Assembly (NCBI GenBank): GCA_030141605.1
Contig: JAQGDQ010000089.1
Coordinates: forward strand, 1-64,000
Reading direction: 5' to 3'
DNA: 64,000 bases
Source: Tubiluchus corallicola
Lineage: Eukaryota; Animalia; Priapulida
Shown piece by piece: positions 63,127 through 64,000 of this stretch. Both the position numbers and the translations under genes were made by a program. The notes beneath the pieces were generated by a model. That model was given only the letters and a program-made list of their open reading frames with translations, had not been told where the DNA came from and made no database searches. Numbering within the stretch: position 1 is the stretch's first letter; the number at the start of each line of letters is the position of its first letter.

Positions 63127-64000
63127 TCAGAATGTCTTGGAAATCACGTACCAAGAGTGCAATTAGACTCGTGCAATTTTAATATCAGCTATTAATTTAA
63201 ATTTTTATATGTGTATTTTACCATATGGTATGATGCAAAAATCACGATAGTGAACATTGACAATTGTTTGCTGACAATAATTAGAAATTGGAGGATGATG
63301 ATTATGATAATGTAGAGAAGCATCTCACTTCTAAAGGCAAACTCTTTTCTTGGTTTTGGTTACCTTGTATGTTTGCTTAGTTTATACATACCACACATCT
63401 CGTTTTGTATATCTTGAATATACAGTTGGTAAAAAAGCATTTATGTTTAATCTCAGGTTTCTGTTAGCACTACCATACATGAGATCCAAAGTACTTTTCA
63501 ATTTTACTTGTTAAATATAAAGATGATTTTAATCCAAGAATCGCCTCATATGATCATACATTTTAATATATTAATATTATGTCTGGTCGTAGATTATTGA
63601 AGTTTTTACTTTCTAACCATTTTTGTTTTTATAGATGCACATTTCAGAACAACAGTGGGTAGTCTTTTTAGATGGTTTTATTACTAAAATGTTTTACTGT
63701 TATATTAACTGCTTCACTTTCGCAATGTAGTCCTTTATCTTCTTCAGTTTCTCACCATGAACTTGAAATTGAGAGTTTATGCGAAACTTTATAGAACTCG
63801 GTCCTTTCTTAGCATATGCTAGCATGATTTTTGTCCCACTACTGTGTGTATTGTAGCTTTTAAATATGTATTTTACGGAACCTCAAGTATTAAGTGCTGG
63901 TCTTGCCCAGCTTGAAGTATTATTAGGATCATAGATAAGTATTTTGATAATAGATTTTGACATTTGTTGATGTAATCACTGTCATTCACTACACATTCAC
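63127..64000 (+). other. probable 3' UTR of the laminin alpha gene
   Basis: AT-rich sequence after the stop codon; I saw no clear AATAAA, so the UTR may run past the window end. Confidence 0.55.

Noticed and set aside
63121-63135. Stop-codon readthrough
   Set aside because: Context is TGA-TCAG rather than TGA-CTAG, and the protein ends at the normal laminin CP-x-x terminus.
1-64000. Prokaryotic-style novel system (CRISPR array, operon, defence island)
   Set aside because: The window is a spliced animal gene; I saw no regularly spaced repeat-spacer array or intronless gene cluster.

Overview
AT-rich genomic DNA from a non-vertebrate animal (taxon inferred, not identified). Almost the whole window is one + strand gene for a laminin alpha chain of the alpha-1/2 (LAMA1/LAMA2, wing blister/lam-3) class. 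I traced 57 phase-compatible coding exons by hand from 422 to the TGA at 63124-63126, about 9.0 kb of CDS (~3005 codons). Domain order is: end of LN, LE x4, L4a, LE x10, L4b, LE x3, coiled coil, LG1-3, Pro/Thr linker, LG4-5. The signal peptide and most of LN lie upstream of the window. Most ORF-track entries are exon fragments read into introns, or noise. Introns carry many MITEs (hAT-, pogo/Tc1- and Harbinger-like), tRNA-derived SINE heads, LINE relics and (CT)n tracts. The top observation is a frame-preserving 27-nt candidate microexon (23983-24009) in L4b. It is flanked by CU/YCAY/TGCATG/YGCY splicing motifs, and its inclusion would create an R-Y-R-R furin-type site. Also notable are an exon that starts AG|GTAAGT (recursive-splice configuration, 46451) and a probable GC-AG intron (38416). 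All exon calls come from manual reading, with no transcript data.
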